A stretch of DNA of 37,296 bases. Origin: Octopus sinensis. Its lineage: Eukaryota. The notes under the pieces were generated by a model. That model had not been told where the DNA came from and made no database searches. It was given only the letters and a program-made list of their open reading frames with translations. Shown here one piece after another: positions 35,801 to 37,296 of the stretch; position 1 is the stretch's first letter; every line of letters starts with the position of its first letter. The stretch lies in assembly GCF_006345805.1 (NCBI RefSeq), contig NW_021835927.1, positions 1-37,296 of the forward strand. Direction: 5' to 3'. The position numbers and the translations under genes are program-made.

Positions 35801-37296
35801 CTGTAAGATTATAAATATGTATTCCATATTTAACGGCACTCCAAGGGGGGAAAACTTATATAAAATAGTAAGGACCTGTAAGATTATAAATATGTATTCC
35901 ATATTTAACGGCGCTCCTAGAGGGGAAAACTTATATGAAAAAGTAAGGACCTGTAAGATTATAAATATGTATTCCATATTAACGGCGCTCCTAGAGGGGA
36001 AAACTTATATAAAATAGTAAGGACCTGTAAGATTATAAATATGTATTCCATATTTAACGGCGCTCCTAGAGGGGAAAACTTATATAAAATAGTAAGGACC
36101 TGTAAGATTATAAATATGTATTCCATATTTAACGGCGCTCCTAGAGGGGAAAACTTATATAAAATAGAAAGGACATGTAAGATTATAAATATGTATTCCA
36201 TATTTAACGGCGCTCCTAGAGGGGAAAACTTATATAAAATAGTAAGGACCTATAAGATTATAAATATGTATTCCATATTTAATGGCACTCCTGGAGGGGA
36301 AAACTTATATAAAATAGTAAGGACCTGTAAGATTATAAATATGTATTCCATATTTAACGGCGCTCCTAGAGGTGAAAACTTATATAAAATAGTAAGGACC
36401 TGTAAGATTATAAATATGTATTCCATATTTAATAGCACTCCTGGAGGGGAAAATTTATATAAAATAGTAAGGACCTGTAAGATTATAAATATGTATTCCA
36501 TATTTAACGGCGCTCCTAGAGGGGAAAACTTATATAAAATAGTAAGGACCTGTAAGATTATAAATATGTATTCCATATTGAACGGCGCTCCAAGAAGGGA
36601 AATCTTATATAAAATAGTAAGGACCTGTAAGATTAGAAATATATATTCCACATTTAACGGCGCTCCTAGAGGGGAAAACTTATATAAAATAGTAAGGACC
36701 TGTAAGATTATAAATATGTATTCCATATTTAACGGCGATCCTAGAGGGGAAAACTTATATAAAATAGTAAGGACCTGTAAGATTATAAATATGTATTCCA
36801 TAATTAACGGCACTCCTAGAGGGGAAAACTTAATAAAATAGTAAGGACCTGTAAGATTATAAACATGTATTCCATATTTAACGGTGCTCCTAGAGGGGAA
36901 AACTTATATAAAATAGTAAGGACCTGTAAGATTATAAGTATGTATTCCATATTTAACGGCGCTCCTAGAGGGGAAAACTGATATAAAATAGTTAGGACCT
37001 GTAAGATTATAAATATGTATTCCATATTTAACGGCGCTCCAAGAGGGGAAAATTTATATAAAATAGTAAGGACCTGTAAGATTATAAATATATATTCCAT
37101 ATTTAACGGCGCTCCTAGAGGGGAAAACTTATATAAAATAGTAAGGACCTGTAAGATTATAAATATGTATTCCATATTTAACGGCGCTCCTAGAGGGGAA
37201 AACTTATATAAAATAGTAAGGACCTGTAAGATTATAAATATGTATTCCATATTTAACAGCACTCCTAGAGGGGAAAAACTTATATAAAATAGTAAG
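29832..37296. repeat. 75-bp tandem satellite, about 100 copies, continues past the window end
   Basis: Consensus ATGTATTCCATATTTAACGGCGCTCCTAGAGGGGAAAACTTATATAAAATAGTAAGGACCTGTAAGATTATAAAT. Variation is mostly in the GC-rich part, with scattered 1-2 bp indels. Confidence 0.99.

Noticed and set aside
29832-37296. CRISPR-like array (conserved repeat plus variable segment)
   Set aside because: The variable part is only point variants of one sequence, not unique spacers. The context is eukaryotic and there are no cas genes.

Overview
AT-rich eukaryotic DNA, very likely octopus or another coleoid cephalopod. This is inferred from the SINE and RTE repeat families and the microsatellite density. 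The window holds the last 10 coding exons (1206 nt, 401 aa plus stop, all GT-AG with consistent phases) of a minus-strand VPS13A/C-type lipid-transfer gene (25415 to 8179). Its introns are filled with RTE-clade LINE fragments, SINEs and decayed DNA transposons (mariner, probable Helentron-like, possible Chapaev3 and Merlin). From 29832 to the window end lies a homogeneous 75-bp satellite (about 100 copies), presumably in the next VPS13 intron. It abuts the 5' end of an internally deleted two-part RTE element. Positions 1-8 kb are 3' UTR or intergenic, with microsatellites and a MITE with about 127-bp TIRs. Most ORFs in the supplied track are microsatellite or satellite artefacts. The best novelty candidates are the satellite plus bipartite RTE junction, a covarying 3' stem-loop module, and several inverted-repeat dsRNA structures around VPS13 exons.
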